Shown in pieces: positions 36,401 to 51,000 of a stretch of DNA of 64,000 nt. Position 1 is the first letter of the stretch; every line of letters starts with the position of its first letter. The position numbers were made by a program, and so were the translations under genes. Origin of the DNA: Auanema rhodensis (taxonomy: Eukaryota; Animalia; Nematoda). The DNA is taken from NCBI GenBank assembly GCA_964057225.1, contig OZ059896.1, positions 1,426,001 through 1,490,000 of the forward strand, in the 5' to 3' direction. Below the pieces are notes generated by a model. That model made no database searches and was not told the origin of the DNA. It saw only the letters and a program-made list of their open reading frames with translations.

Positions 36401-39070
36401 TGATGCATTAGTGTATGTTGAGTTTCCATGTACACTCAAAATTGCTTCCAAAAACATTTTGACAAAAATTTTTTCGAAAAATTTCAAAATAATTTAGCGA
36501 AAAGTAGATGTTTTTAGATTCCTTTTTTCGAGGCAAAAACGATGGACAATGTTATTCAACGAAAAAATTAATTCTTCAGGGTGAAAATCGAGGATATAAG
36601 TGTGAACTTATATCAGTTGATATCTCGGTGCAATTTTAAGCTAGCGGAAATTTGATAACACAGATCGACGCAGCTTAAAAATCCGCATTGAATGCACTAT
36701 ACTACATTGTGAAAAGCTTAATACAAAAATTAGTTATGATCGTTTGGAAAATGATGCATTAGTGTATGTTGAGTTTCCATGTACACTCAAAATTGCTTCC
36801 AAAAACATTTTGACAAAAATTTTTTCGAAAAATTTCAAAATAATTTAGCGAAAAGTAGATGTTTTTAGATTCCTTTTTTCGAGGCAAAAACGATGGACAA
36901 TGTTATTCAACGAAAAAATTAATTCTTCAGGGTGAAAATCGAGGATATAAGTGTGAACTTATATCAGTTGATATCTCGGTGCATTTTCAAGCTAGCGCAA
37001 ATCTGATAGTACAGATCGACGCAGCTTAAAAATCCGCATCGAATGCACTATACTACATTGAGAAACGCTTAATACAAAAATTAGTTATGATCGTTTGAAA
37101 AATGATGCATTAGTGTATGTTGAGTTTCCATGTACACTCAAAATTGCTTCCAAAAACATTTTGACAAAATTTTTTCGAAAAATTTCAAAATAATTTAGCG
37201 AAAAGTAGATGTTTTTAGATTCCTTTTTCGAGGCAAAAACGATGGACAATGTTATTCAACGAAAAAATTAATTCTTCAGGGTGAAAATCGAGGATATAAG
37301 TGTGAACTTATATCAGTTGATATCTCGGTGCATTTTTAAGCTAGCGGAAATTTGATAACACAGATCGACGCAGCTTAAAAATCCGCATTGAATGCACTAT
37401 ACTACATTGTGAAAAGCTTAATACAAAAATTAGTTATGATCGTTTGGAAAATGATGCATTAGTGTATGTTGAGTTTCCATGTACACTCAAAATTGCTTCC
37501 AAAAACATTTTGACAAAAATTTTTTCGAAAAATTTCAAAATAATTTAGCGAAAAGTAGATGTTTTTAGATTCCTTTTTTCGAGGCAAAAACGATGGACAA
37601 TGTTATTCAACGAAAAAATTAATTCTTCAGGGTGAAAATCGAGGATATAAGTGTGAACTTATATCAGTTGATATCTCGGTGCATTTTTAAGCTAGCGGAA
37701 ATTTGATAACACAGATCGACGCAGCTTAAAAATCCGCATTGAATGCACTATACTACATTGTGAAAAGCTTAATACAAAAATTAGTTATGATCGTTTGGAA
37801 AATGATGCATTAGTGTATGTTGAGTTTCCATGTACACTCAAAATTGCTTCCAAAAACATTTTGACAAAAATTTTTTCGAAAAATTTCAAAATAATTTAGC
37901 GAAAAGTAGATGGTTTTAGATTCCTTTTTTCGAGGCAAAAACGATGGACAATGTTATTCAACGAAAAAATTAATTCTTCAGGGTGAAAATCGAGGATATA
38001 AGTGTGAACTTATATCAGTTGATATCTCGGTGCATTTTTAAGCTAGCGGAAATTTGATAACACAGATCGACGCAGCTTAAAAATCCGCATTGAATGCACT
38101 ATACTACATTGTGAAAAGCTTAATACAAAAATTAGTTATGATCGTTTGGAAAATGATGCATTAGTGTATGTTGAGTTTCCATGTACACTCAAAATTGCTT
38201 CCAAAAACATTTTGACAAAAATTTTTTCGAAAAATTTCAAAATAATTTAGCGAAAAGTAGATGGTTTTAGATTCCTTTTTTCGAGGCAAAAACGATGGAC
38301 AATGTTATTCAACGAAAAAATTAATTCTTCAGGGTGAAAATCGAGGATATAAGTGTGAACTTATATCAGTTGATATCTCGGTGCATTTTTAAGCTAGCGG
38401 AAATGTGATAACACAGATCGACGCAGCTTAAAAATCCGCATTGAATGCACTATACTACATTGTGAAAAGCTTAATACAAAAATTAGTTATGATCGTTTGG
38501 AAAATGATGCATTAGTGTATGTTGAGTTTCCATGTACACTCAAAATTGCTTCCAAAAACATTTTGACAAAAATTTTTTCGAAAAATTTCAAAATAATTTA
38601 GCGAAAAGTAGATGTTTTTAGATTCCTTTTTTCGAGGCAAAAACGATGGACAATGTTATTCAACGAAAAAATTAATTCTTCAGGGTGAAAATCGAGGATA
38701 TAAGTGTGAACTTATATCAGTTGATATCTCGGTGCATTTTTAAGCTAGCGGAAATTTGATAACACAGATCGACGCAGCTTAAAAATCCGCATTGAATGCA
38801 CTATACTACATTGTGAAAAGCTTAATACAAAAATTAGTAATGATCGTTTGGAAAATGATGCATTAGTGTATGTTGAGTTTCCATGTACACTCAAAATTGC
38901 TTCCAAAAACATTTTGACAAAAATTTTTTCGAAAAATTTCAAAATAATTTAGCGAAAAGTAGATGTTTTTAGATTTCTTTTTTCGAGGCAAAAACGATGG
39001 ACAATGTTATTCAACGAAAAAATTAATTCTTCAGGGTGAAAATCGAGGATATAAGTGTGAACTTATATCA
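33470..39070. repeat. Two copies of an 8-monomer higher-order repeat (2805 bp; monomer-type pattern ABABBBBB)
   Basis: Shared 1-bp deletions at 34371/37176 and the GATGGTTT variant at 35108/37913, both at +2805. The order of A and B monomer types repeats. Confidence 0.85.
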
Positions 39071-42000
39071 GTTGATATCTCGGTGCATTTTCAAGCTAGC
39101 GCAAATCTGATAGTACAGATCGACGCAGCTTAAAAATCCGCATCGAATGCACTATACTACATTGAGAAACGCTTAATACAAAAATTAGTTATGATCGTTT
39201 GAAAAATGATGCATTAGTGTATGTTGAGTTTCCATGTACACTCAAAATTGCTTCCAAAAACATTTTGACAAAAATTTTTTCGAAAAATTTCAAAATAATT
39301 TAGCGAAAAGTAGATGTTTTTAGATTCTTTTTTTCGAGGCAAAAACGATGGACAATGTTATTCAACGAAAAAATTAATTCTTCAGGGTGAAAATCGAGGA
39401 TATAAGTGTGAACTTATATCAGTTGATATCTCGGTGCATTTTTAAGCTAGCGAAAATTTGATAACACAGATCGACGCAGCTTAAAAATCCGCATCGAATG
39501 CACTATACTACATTAAGAAAAGCTTAATACAAAAATTAGTTATGATCGTTTGAAAAATGATGCATTAGTGTATGTTGAGTTTCCATGTACACTCAAAATT
39601 GCTTCCAAAAACATTTTGACAAAAAATTTTCGTAAAATTTCAAAATAATTTAGCGAAAAGTAGATGTTTTTAGATTCCTTTTTTCAAGGCAAAAACGATG
39701 GACAATGTTATTCAACGAAAAAATTAATTCTTCAGGGTGAAAATCGAGGATATAAGTGTGAACTTATATCAGTTGATATCTCGGTGCATTTTTAAGCTAG
39801 CGGAAATTTGATAACACAGATCGACGCAGCTTAAAAATCCGCATTGAATGCACTATACTACATTGTGAAAAGCTTAATACAAAAATTAGTTATGATCGTT
39901 TGGAAAATGATGCATTAGTGTATGTTGAGTTTCCATGTACACTCAAAATTGCTTCCAAAAACATTTTGACAAAAATTTTTTCGAAAAATTTCAAAATAAT
40001 TTAGCGAAAAGTAGATGTTTTTAGATTCCTTTTTTCGAGGCAAAAACGATGGACAATGTTATTCAACGAAAAAATTAATTCTTCAGGGTGAAAATCGAGG
40101 ATATAGGTGTGAACTTATATCAGTTGATATCTCGGTGCATTTTTCAGCTAGCGCAAATCTGATAACACAGATCGACGCAGCTTAAAAATCCGCATCGAAT
40201 GCACTATATTACATTGAGAAACGCTTAATACCAAAATTAGTTATGATCGTTTGAAAAATGATGCATTAGTGTATGTCGAGTTTCCATGTACACTCAAAAT
40301 TGCTTCCAAAAACATTTTGACAAAAATTTTTTCGAAAAATTTCAAAATAATTTAGCAAAAAGTAGATGTTTTTAGATTCCTTTTTTCGAGGCAAAAACGA
40401 TGGACAATGTTATTCAACGAAAAAATAATTCTTCAGGGTAAAAATCGAGGATATAAGTGTGAACTTATATCAGTTGATATCTCGGTGCATTTTTAAGCTA
40501 GCGCAAATCTGATAATACAGATCGACGCAGCTTAAAAATCCGCATCGAATGCACTATACTACATTGAGAAACGCTTAATACAAAAATAAGTTATGATCGT
40601 TTGAAAAATGATGCATTAGTGTATGTTGAGTTTCCATGTACACTCAAAATTGCTTCCAAAAACATTTTGACAAAAATTTTTTCGAAAAATTTCAAAATAA
40701 TTTAGCGAAAAGTAGATGTTTTTAGATTCCTTTTTCGAGGCAAAAACGATGGACAATGTTATTCAACGAAAAAATTAATTCTTCAGGGTGAAAATCGAGG
40801 ATATAAGTGTGAACTTATATCAGTTGATATCTCGGTGCATTTTTAAGCTAGCGGAAATTTGATAACACAGATCGACGCAGCTTAAAAATCCGCATTGAAT
40901 GCACTATACTACATTGTGAAAAGCTTAATACAAAAATTAGTTATGATCGTTTGGAAAATGATGCATTAGTGTATGTTGAGTTTCCATGTACACTCAAAAT
41001 TGCTTCCAAAAACATTTTGACAAAAATTTTTTCGAAAAATTTCAAAATAATTTAGCAAAAAGTAGATGTTTTTAGATTCCTTTTTTCGAGGCAAAAACGA
41101 TGGACAATGTTATTCAACAAAAAAATCAATTCTTCAGGGTGAAAATCGAGGATATATGTGTGAACTTATATCAGTTGATATCTCGGTGCATTTTTAAGCT
41201 AGCGCAAATCTGATAGTACAGATCGACGCAGCTTAATAATCCGCATCGAATGCACTATACTACATTGAGAAACGCTTAATACAAAAATAAGTTATGATCG
41301 TTTGAAAAATGATGCATTAGTGTATGTTGAGTTTCCATGTACACTCAAAATTGCTTCCAAAAACATTTTGACAAAAATTTTTTCAAAAAATTTCAAAATA
41401 ATTTAGCGAAAAGTAGATGTTTTTAGATTCCTTTTTTCAAGGCAAAAACGATGGACAATGTTATTCAACGAAAAAATTAATTCTTCAGGGTGAAAATCGA
41501 GGATATAGTTGTGAACTTATATCAGTTGATATCTCGGTGCATTTTTAAGCTAGCGCAAATCTGATAGTACAGATCGACGCAGCTTAATAATCCGCATCGA
41601 ATGCACTATACTACATTGAGAAACGCTTAATACAAAAATAAGTTATGATCGTTTGAAAAATGATGCATTAGTGTATGTTGAGTTTCCATGTACACTCAAA
41701 ATTGCTTCCAAAAACATTTTGACAAAAATTTTTTCGAAAAATTTCAAAATAATTTAGCAAAAAGTAGATGTTTTTAGATTCCTTTTTTCGAGGCAAAAAC
41801 GATGGACAATGTTATTCAACAAAAAAATCAATTCTTCAGGGTGAAAATCGAGGATATAAGTGTGAACTTATATCAGTTGATATCTCGGTGCATTTTCGAG
41901 CTAGCGCAAATCTGATAGTACAGATCGACGCAGCTTAAAAATCCGCATCGAATGCACTATACTACATTGAGAAACGCTTAATACAAAAATAAGTTATGAT

Positions 42001-45000
42001 CGTTTGAAAAATGATGCATTAGTGTATGTTGAGTTTCCATGTACACTCAAAATTGCTTCCAAAAACATTTTGACAAAAATTTTTTCGAAAAATTTCAAAA
42101 TAATTTAGCAAAAAGTAGATGTTTTTAGATTCCTTTTTTCAAGGCAAAAACGATGGACAATGTTATTCAACGAAAAAATTAATTCTTCAGGGTGAAAATA
42201 GAGGATATAGGTGTAAACTTATATCAGTTGATATCTCGGTGCATTTTCAAGCCAGCGCAAATCTGATAGTACAGATCGACGCAGCTGAAAAATCCGCATC
42301 GAATGCACTATACTACATTGAGAAACGCTTAATACAAAAATTAGTTATGATCGTTTGAAAAATGATGCATTAGTGTATGTTGAGTTTCCATGTACACTCC
42401 AAATTGCTTCCAAAAACATTTTGACAAAAATTTTTTCGAAAAATTTCAAAATAATTTAGCGAAAAGTAGATGTTTTTAGATTCCTTTTTTCGAGGCAAAA
42501 ACGATGGACAATGTTATTCAACGAAAAAATTAATTCTTCAGGGTGAAAATCGAGGATATAAGTGTGAACTTATATCAGTTGATATCTCGGTGCATTTTCA
42601 AGCTAGCGCAAATCTGATAGTACAGATCGACGCAGCTTAAAAATTCGCATCGAATGCACTATACTACATTGAGAAACGCTTAATACAAAAATTAGTTATG
42701 ATCGTTTGAAAAATTATGCATTAGTGTATGTTGAGTTTCCATGTACACTCAAAATTGCTTCCAAAAACATTTTGACAAAAATTTTTTCGAAAAATTTCAA
42801 AATAATTTAGCGAAAAGTAGATGTTTTTAGATTCCTTTTTTTGAGGCAAAAACGATGGACAATGTTATTCAACGAAAAAATTAATTCTTCAGGGTGAAAA
42901 TCGAGGATATAAGTGTGAACTTATATCAGTTGATATCTCGGTGCATTTTTAAGCTAGCGGAAATTTGATAACACAGATCGACGCAGCTTAAAAATCCGCA
43001 TCGAATGCACTATACTACATTAAGAAAAGCTTAATACAAAAATTAGTTATGATCGTTTGAAAAATGATGCATTAGTGTATGTTGAGTTTCCATGTACACT
43101 CAACATTGCTTCCAAAAACATTTTGACAAAAATTTTTTCGAAAAATTTCAAAATAATTTAGCGAAAAGTAGATGTTTTTAGATTCCTTTTTTCGAGGCAA
43201 AAACGATGGACAATGTTATTCAACGAAAAAATTAATTCTTCAGGGTGAAAATCGAGGATATAAGTGTGAACTTATATCAGTTGATATCTCGGTGCATTTT
43301 CAAGCTAGCGCAAATCTGATAGTACAGATCGACGCAGCTTAAAAATCCGCATCGAATGCACTATACTACATTGAGAAACGCTTAATACAAAAATTAGTTA
43401 TGATCGTTTGAAAAATGATGCATTAGTGTATGTTGAGTTTCCATGTACACTCAAAATTGCTTCCAAAAACATTTTGACAAAAATTTTTTCAAAAAATTTC
43501 AAAATAATTTAGCGAAAAGTAGATGTTTTTAGATTCCTTTTTTCAAGGCAAAAACGATGGACAATGTTATTCAACGAAAAAATTAATTCTTCAGGGTGAA
43601 AATCGAGGATATATGTGTGAACTTATATCAGTTGATATCTCGGTGCATTTTTAAGCTAGCGCAAATCTGATAGTACAGATCGACGCAGCTTAATAATCCG
43701 CATCGAATGCACTATACTACATTGAGAAACGCTTAATACAAAAATAAGTTATGATCGTTTGAAAAATGATGCATTAGTGTATGTTGAGTTTCCATGTACA
43801 CTCAAAATTGCTTCCAAAAACATTTTGACAAAAATTTTTTCAAAAAATTTCAAAATAATTTAGCGAAAAGTAGATGTTTTTAGATTCCTTTTTTCAAGGC
43901 AAAAACGATGGACAATGTTATTCAACGAAAAAATTAATTCTTCAGGGTGAAAATCGAGGATATAGTTGTGAACTTATATCAGTTGATATCTCGGTGCATT
44001 TTTAAGCTAGCGCAAATCTGATAGTACAGATCGACGCAGCTTAATAATCCGCATCGAATGCACTATACTACATTGAGAAACGCTTAATACAAAAATTAGT
44101 TATGATCGTTTGAAAAATGATGCATTAGTGTATGTTGAGTTTCCATGTACACTCCAAATTGCTTCCAAAAACATTTTGACAAAAATTTTTTCGAAAAATT
44201 TCAAAATAATTTAGCGAAAAGTAGATGTTTTTAGATTCCTTTTTTCGAGGCAAAAACGATGGACAATGTTATTCAACGAAAAAATTAATTCTTCAGGGTG
44301 AAAATCGAGGATATAAGTGTGAACTTATATCAGTTGATATCTCGGTGCATTTTCAAGCTAGCGCAAATCTGATAGTACAGATCGACGCAGCTTAAAAATT
44401 CGCATCGAATGCACTATACTACATTGAGAAACGCTTAATACAAAAATTAGTTATGATCGTTTGAAAAATTATGCATTAGTGTATGTTGAGTTTCCATGTA
44501 CACTCAAAATTGCTTCCAAAAACATTTTGACAAAAATTTTTTCGAAAAATTTCAAAATAATTTAGCGAAAAGTAGATGTTTTTAGATTCCTTTTTTTGAG
44601 GCAAAAACGATGGACAATGTTATTAAACGAAAAAATTAATTCTTCAGGGTGAAAATAGAGGATATAGGTGTAAACTTATATCAGTTGATATCTCGGTGCT
44701 ATTTCAAGCCAGCGCAAATCTGATAGTACAGATCGACGCAGCTGAAAAATCCGCATCGAATGCACTATACTACATTGAGAAACGCTTAATACAAAAATTA
44801 GTTATGATCGTTTGAAAAATGATGCATTAGTGTATGTTGAGTTTCCATGTACACTCAACATTGCTTCCAAAAACATTTTGACAAAAATTTTTTCGAAAAA
44901 TTTCAAAATAATTTAGCGAAAAGTAGATGTTTTTAGATTCCTTTTTTCGAGGCAAAAACGATGGACAATGTTATTCAACGAAAAAATTAATTCTTCAGGG

Positions 45001-48000
45001 TGAAAATCGAGGATATAAGTGTGAACTTATATCAGTTGATATCTCGGTGCATTTTCAAGCTAGCGCAAATCTGATAGTACAGATCGACGCAGCTTAAAAA
45101 TCCGCATCGAATGCACTATACTACATTGAGAAACGCTTAATACAAAAATTAGTTATGATCGTTTGAAAAATGATGCATTAGTGTATGTTGAGTTTCCATG
45201 TACACTCAAAATTGCTTCCAAAAACATTTTGACAAAAATTTTTTCGAAAAATTTCAAAATAATTTAGCAAAAAGTAGATGTTTTTAGATTCCTTTTTTCG
45301 AGGCAAAAACGATGGACAATGTTATTCAACAAAAAAATCAATTCTTCAGGGTGAAAATCGAGGATATAAGTGTGAACTTATATCAGTTGATATCTCGGTG
45401 CATTTTCGAGCTAGCGCAAATCTGATAGTACAGATCGACGCAGCTTAAAAATCCGCATCGAATGCACTATACTACATTGAGAAACGCTTAATACAAAAAT
45501 AAGTTATGATCGTTTGAAAAATGATGCATTAGTGTATGTTGAGTTTCCATGTACACTCAAAATTGCTTCCAAAAACATTTTGACAAAAATTTTTTCGAAA
45601 AATTTCAAAATAATTTAGCAAAAAGTAGATGTTTTTAGATTCCTTTTTTCAAGGCAAAAACGATGGACAATGTTATTCAACGAAAAAATTAATTCTTCAG
45701 GGTGAAAATAGAGGATATAGGTGTAAACTTATATCAGTTGATATCTCGGTGCATTTTCAAGCCAGCGCAAATCTGATAGTACAGATCGACGCAGCTGAAA
45801 AATCCGCATCGAATGCACTATACTACATTGAGAAACGCTTAATACAAAAATTAGTTATGATCGTTTGAAAAATGATGCATTAGTGTATGTTGAGTTTCCA
45901 TGTACACTCCAAATTGCTTCCAAAAACATTTTGACAAAAATTTTTTCGAAAAATTTCAAAATAATTTAGCGAAAAGTAGATGTTTTTAGATTCCTTTTTT
46001 CGAGGCAAAAACGATGGACAATGTTATTCAACGAAAAAATTAATTCTTCAGGGTAAAAATCGAGGATATAAGTGTGAACTTATATCAGTTGATATCTCGG
46101 TGCATTTTCAAGCTAGCGCAAATCTGATAGTACAGATCGACGCAGCTTAAAAATTCGCATCGAATGCACTATACTACATTGAGAAACGCTTAATACAAAA
46201 ATTAGTTATGATTGTTTGAAAAATGATGCATTAGTGTATGTTGAGTTTCCATGTACACTCAAAATTGCTTCCAAAAACATTTTGACAAAAATTTTTTCAA
46301 AAAATTTCAAAATAATTTAGCGAAAAGTAGATGTTTTTAGATTCCTTTTTTCAAGGCAAAAACGATGGACAATGTTATTCAACGAAAAAATTAATTCTTC
46401 AGGGTGAAAATCGAGGATATAGGTGTGAACTTATATCAGTTGATATCTCGGTGCATTTTCAAGCTAGCGCAAATCTGATAGTACAGATCGACGCAGCTTA
46501 AAAATCCACATCGAATGCACTATACTACATTGGGAAACACTCAATACAAAAGTTAGTTATGATCGTTTGAAAAATGATGCATTAGTGTATGTTGAGTTTC
46601 CATGTACACTCAAAATTGCTTCCAAAAACATTTTGACAAAAATTTTTTCGAAAAATTTCAAAATAATTTAGCAAAAAGTAGATGTTTTTAGATTCCTTTT
46701 TTCGAGGCAAAAACGATGGACAATGTTATTCAACAAAAAAATCAATTCTTCAGGGTGAAAATCGAGGATATAAGTGTGAACTTATATCAGTTGATATCTC
46801 GGTGCATTTTCGAGCTAGCGCAAATCTGATAGTACAGATCGACGCAGCTTAAAAATCCGCATCGAATGCACTATACTACATTGAGAAACGCTTAATACAA
46901 AAATAAGTTATGATCGTTTGAAAAATGATGCATTAGTGTATGTTGAGTTTCCATGTACACTCAAAATTGCTTCCAAAAACATTTTGACAAAAATTTTTTC
47001 GAAAAATTTCAAAATAATTTAGCAAAAAGTAGATGTTTTTAGATTCCTTTTTTCGAGGCAAAAACGATGGACAATGTTATTCAACAAAAAAATCAATTCT
47101 TCAGGGTGAAAATCGAGGATATAAGTGTGAACTTATATCAGTTGATATCTCGGTGCATTTTCGAGCTAGCGCAAATCTGATAGTACAGATCGACGCAGCT
47201 TAAAAATCCGCATCGAATGCACTATACTACATTGAGAAACGCTTAATACAAAAATAAGTTATGATCGTTTGAAAAATGATGCATTAGTGTATGTTGAGTT
47301 TCCATGTACACTCAAAATTGCTTCCAAAAACATTTTGACAAAAATTTTTTCGAAAAATTTCAAAATAATTTAGCAAAAAGTAGATGTTTTTAGATTCCTT
47401 TTTTCAAGGCAAAAACGATGGACAATGTTATTCAACGAAAAAATTAATTCTTCAGGGTGAAAATAGAGGATATAGGTGTGAACTTATATCAGTTGATATC
47501 TCGGTGCATTTTCAAGCTAGCGCAAATCTGATAGTACAGATCGACGCAGCTTAAAAATCCACATCGAATGCACTATACTACATTGGGAAACACTCAATAC
47601 AAAAGTTAGTTATGATCGTTTGAAAAATGATGCATTAGTGTATGTTGAGTTTCCATGTACACTCAAAATTGCTTCCAAAAACATTTTGACAAAAATTTTT
47701 TCGAAAAATTTCAAAATAATTTAGCAAAAAGTAGATGTTTTTAGATTCCTTTTTTCGAGGCAAAAACGATGGACAATGTTATTCAACAAAAAAATCAATT
47801 CTTCAGGGTGAAAATCGAGGATATAAGTGTGAACTTATATCAGTTGATATCTCGGTGCATTTTCGAGCTAGCGCAAATCTGATAGTACAGATCGACGCAG
47901 CTTAAAAATCCGCATCGAATGCACTATACTACATTGAGAAACGCTTAATACAAAAATAAGTTATGATCGTTTGAAAAATGATGCATTAGTGTATGTTGAG

Positions 48001-51000
48001 TTTCCATGTACACTCAAAATTGCTTCCAAAAACATTTTGACAAAAATTTTTTCGAAAAATTTCAAAATAATTTAGCAAAAAGTAGATGTTTTTAGATTCC
48101 TTTTTTCGAGGCAAAAACGATGGACAATGTTATTCAACAAAAAAATCAATTCTTCAGGGTGAAAATCGAGGATATAAGTGTGAACTTATATCAGTTGATA
48201 TCTCGGTGCATTTTCGAGCTAGCGCAAATCTGATAGTACAGATCGACGCAGCTTAAAAATCCGCATCGAATGCACTATACTACATTGAGAAACGCTTAAT
48301 ACAAAAATAAGTTATGATCGTTTGAAAAATGATGCATTAGTGTATGTTGAGTTTCCATGTACACTCAAAATTGCTTCCAAAAACATTTTGACAAAAATTT
48401 TTTCGAAAAATTTCAAAATAATTTAGCAAAAAGTAGATGTTTTTAGATTCCTTTTTTCAAGGCAAAAACGATGGACAATGTTATTCAACGAAAAAATTAA
48501 TTCTTCAGGGTGAAAATAGAGGATATAGGTGTAAACTTATATCAGTTGATATCTCGGTGCATTTTCAAGCCAGCGCAAATCTGATAGTACAGATCGACGC
48601 AGCTGAAAAATCCGCATCGAATGCACTATACTACATTGAGAAACGCTTAATACAAAAATTAGTTATGATCTTTTGAAAAATGATGCATTAGTGTATGTTG
48701 AGTTTCCATGTACACTCAAAATTGCTTCCAAAAACATTTTGACAAAAATTTTTTCAAAAAATTTCAAAATAATTTAGCGAAAAGTAGATGTTTTTAGATT
48801 CCTTTTTTCAAGGCAAAAACGATGGACAATGTTATTCAACGAAAAAATTAATCTTCAGGGTGAAAATCGAGGATATAGGTGTGAACTTATATCAGTTGAT
48901 ATCTCGGTGCATTTTCAAGCTAGCGCAAATCTGATAGTACAGATCGACGCAGCTTAAAAATCCGCATCGAATGCACTATACTACATTGAGAAACGCTTAA
49001 TACAAAAATAAGTTATGATCGTTTGAAAAATGATGCATTAGTGTATGTTGAGTTTCCATGTACACTCAAAATTGCTTCCAAAAACATTTTGACAAAAATT
49101 TTTTCGAAAAATTTCAAAATAATTTAGCAAAAAGTAGATGTTTTTAGATTCCTTTTTTCAAGGCAAAAACGATGGACAATGTTATTCAACGAAAAAATTA
49201 ATTCTTCAGGGTGAAAATAGAGGATATAGGTGTGAACTTATATCAGTTGATATCTCGGTGCATTTTCAAGCTAGCGCAAATCTGATAGTACAGATCGACG
49301 CAGCTTAAAAATCCACATCGAATGCACTATACTACATTGGGAAACACTCAATACAAAAGTTAGTTATGATCGTTTGAAAAATGATGCATTAGTGTATGTT
49401 GAGTTTCCATGTACACTCAAAATTGCTTCCAAAAACATTTTGACAAAAATTTTTTCGAAAAATTTCAAAATAATTTAGCGAAAAGTAGATGTTTTTAGAT
49501 TCCTTTTTTTGAGGCAAAAACGATGGACAATGTTATTCAACGAAAAAATTAATTCTTCAGGGTGAAAATCGAGGATATAAGTGTGAACTTATATCAGTTG
49601 ATATCTCGGTGCATTTTCAAGCTAGCGCAAATCTGATAGTACAGATCGACGCAGCTTAAAAATCCGCATCGAATGCACTATACTACATTGAGAAACGCTT
49701 AATACAAAAATTAGTTATGATCGTTTGAAAAATGATGCATTAGTGTATGTTGAGTTTCCATGTACACTCAAAATTGCTTCCAAAAACATTTTGACAAAAA
49801 TTTTTTCAAAAAATTTCAAAATAATTTAGCGAAAAGTAGATGTTTTTAGATTCCTTTTTTCAAGGCAAAAACGATGGACAATGTTATTCAACGAAAAAAT
49901 TAATTCTTCAGGGTGAAAATAGAGGATATAGGTGTAAACTTATATCAGTTGATATCTCGGTGCATTTTCAAGCCAGCGCAAATCTGATAGTACAGATCGA
50001 CGCAGCTTAAAAATCCGCATCGAATGCACTATACTACATTGAGAAACGCTTAATACAAAAATTAGTTATGATCGTTTGAAAAATTATGCATTAGTGTATG
50101 TTGAGTTTCCATGTACACTCAAAATTGCTTCCAAAAACATTTTGACAAAAATTTTTTCAAAAAATTTCAAAATAATTTAGCGAAAAGTAGATGTTTTTAG
50201 ATTCCTTTTTTCAAGGCAAAAACGATGGACAATGTTATTCAACGAAAAAATTAATTCTTCAGGGTGAAAATCGAGGATATAGGTGTGAACTTATATCAGT
50301 TGATATCTCGGTGCATTTTTAAGCTAGCGCAAATCTGATAGTACAGATCGACGCAGCTTAATAATCCGCATCGAATGCACTATACTACATTGAGAAACGC
50401 TTAATACAAAAATTAGTTATGATCGTTTGAAAAATTATGCATTAGTGTATGTTGAGTTTCCATGTACACTCAAAATTGCTTCCAAAAACATTTTGACAAA
50501 AATTTTTTCAAAAAATTTCAAAATAATTTAGCGAAAAGTAGATGTTTTTAGATTCCTTTTTTCAAGGCAAAAACGATGGACAATGTTATTCAACGAAAAA
50601 ATTAATTCTTCAGGGTGAAAATCGAGGATATAGGTGTGAACTTATATCAGTTGATATCTCGGTGCATTTTTAAGCTAGCGCAAATCTGATAGTACAGATC
50701 GACGCAGCTTAATAATCCGCATCGAATGCACTATACTACATTGAGAAACGCTTAATACAAAAATTAGTTATGATCTTTTGAAAAATGATGCATTAGTGTA
50801 TGTTGAGTTTCCATGTACACTCAAAATTGCTTCCAAAAACATTTTGACAAAAATTTTTTCGAAAAATTTCAAAATAATTTAGCAAAAAGTAGATGTTTTT
50901 AGATTCGTTTTTTCGAGGCAAAAACGATGGACAATGTTATTCAACGAAAAAATCAATTCTTCAGGGTGAAAATCGAGGATATAAGTGTGAACTTATATCA

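Noticed and set aside
38745-38942. 65-aa minus-strand ORF
   Set aside because: It is opened by a private substitution (AGTAATG) in one monomer, and neighbouring copies have the stop.
42119-48676. Three 79-aa ORFs (42119, 45629, 48437)
   Set aside because: They are satellite monomers in which one TAA>GAA change extends the chance 56-codon frame of the consensus. A sister copy near 44577 has a new stop. There is no recognisable domain or gene context.
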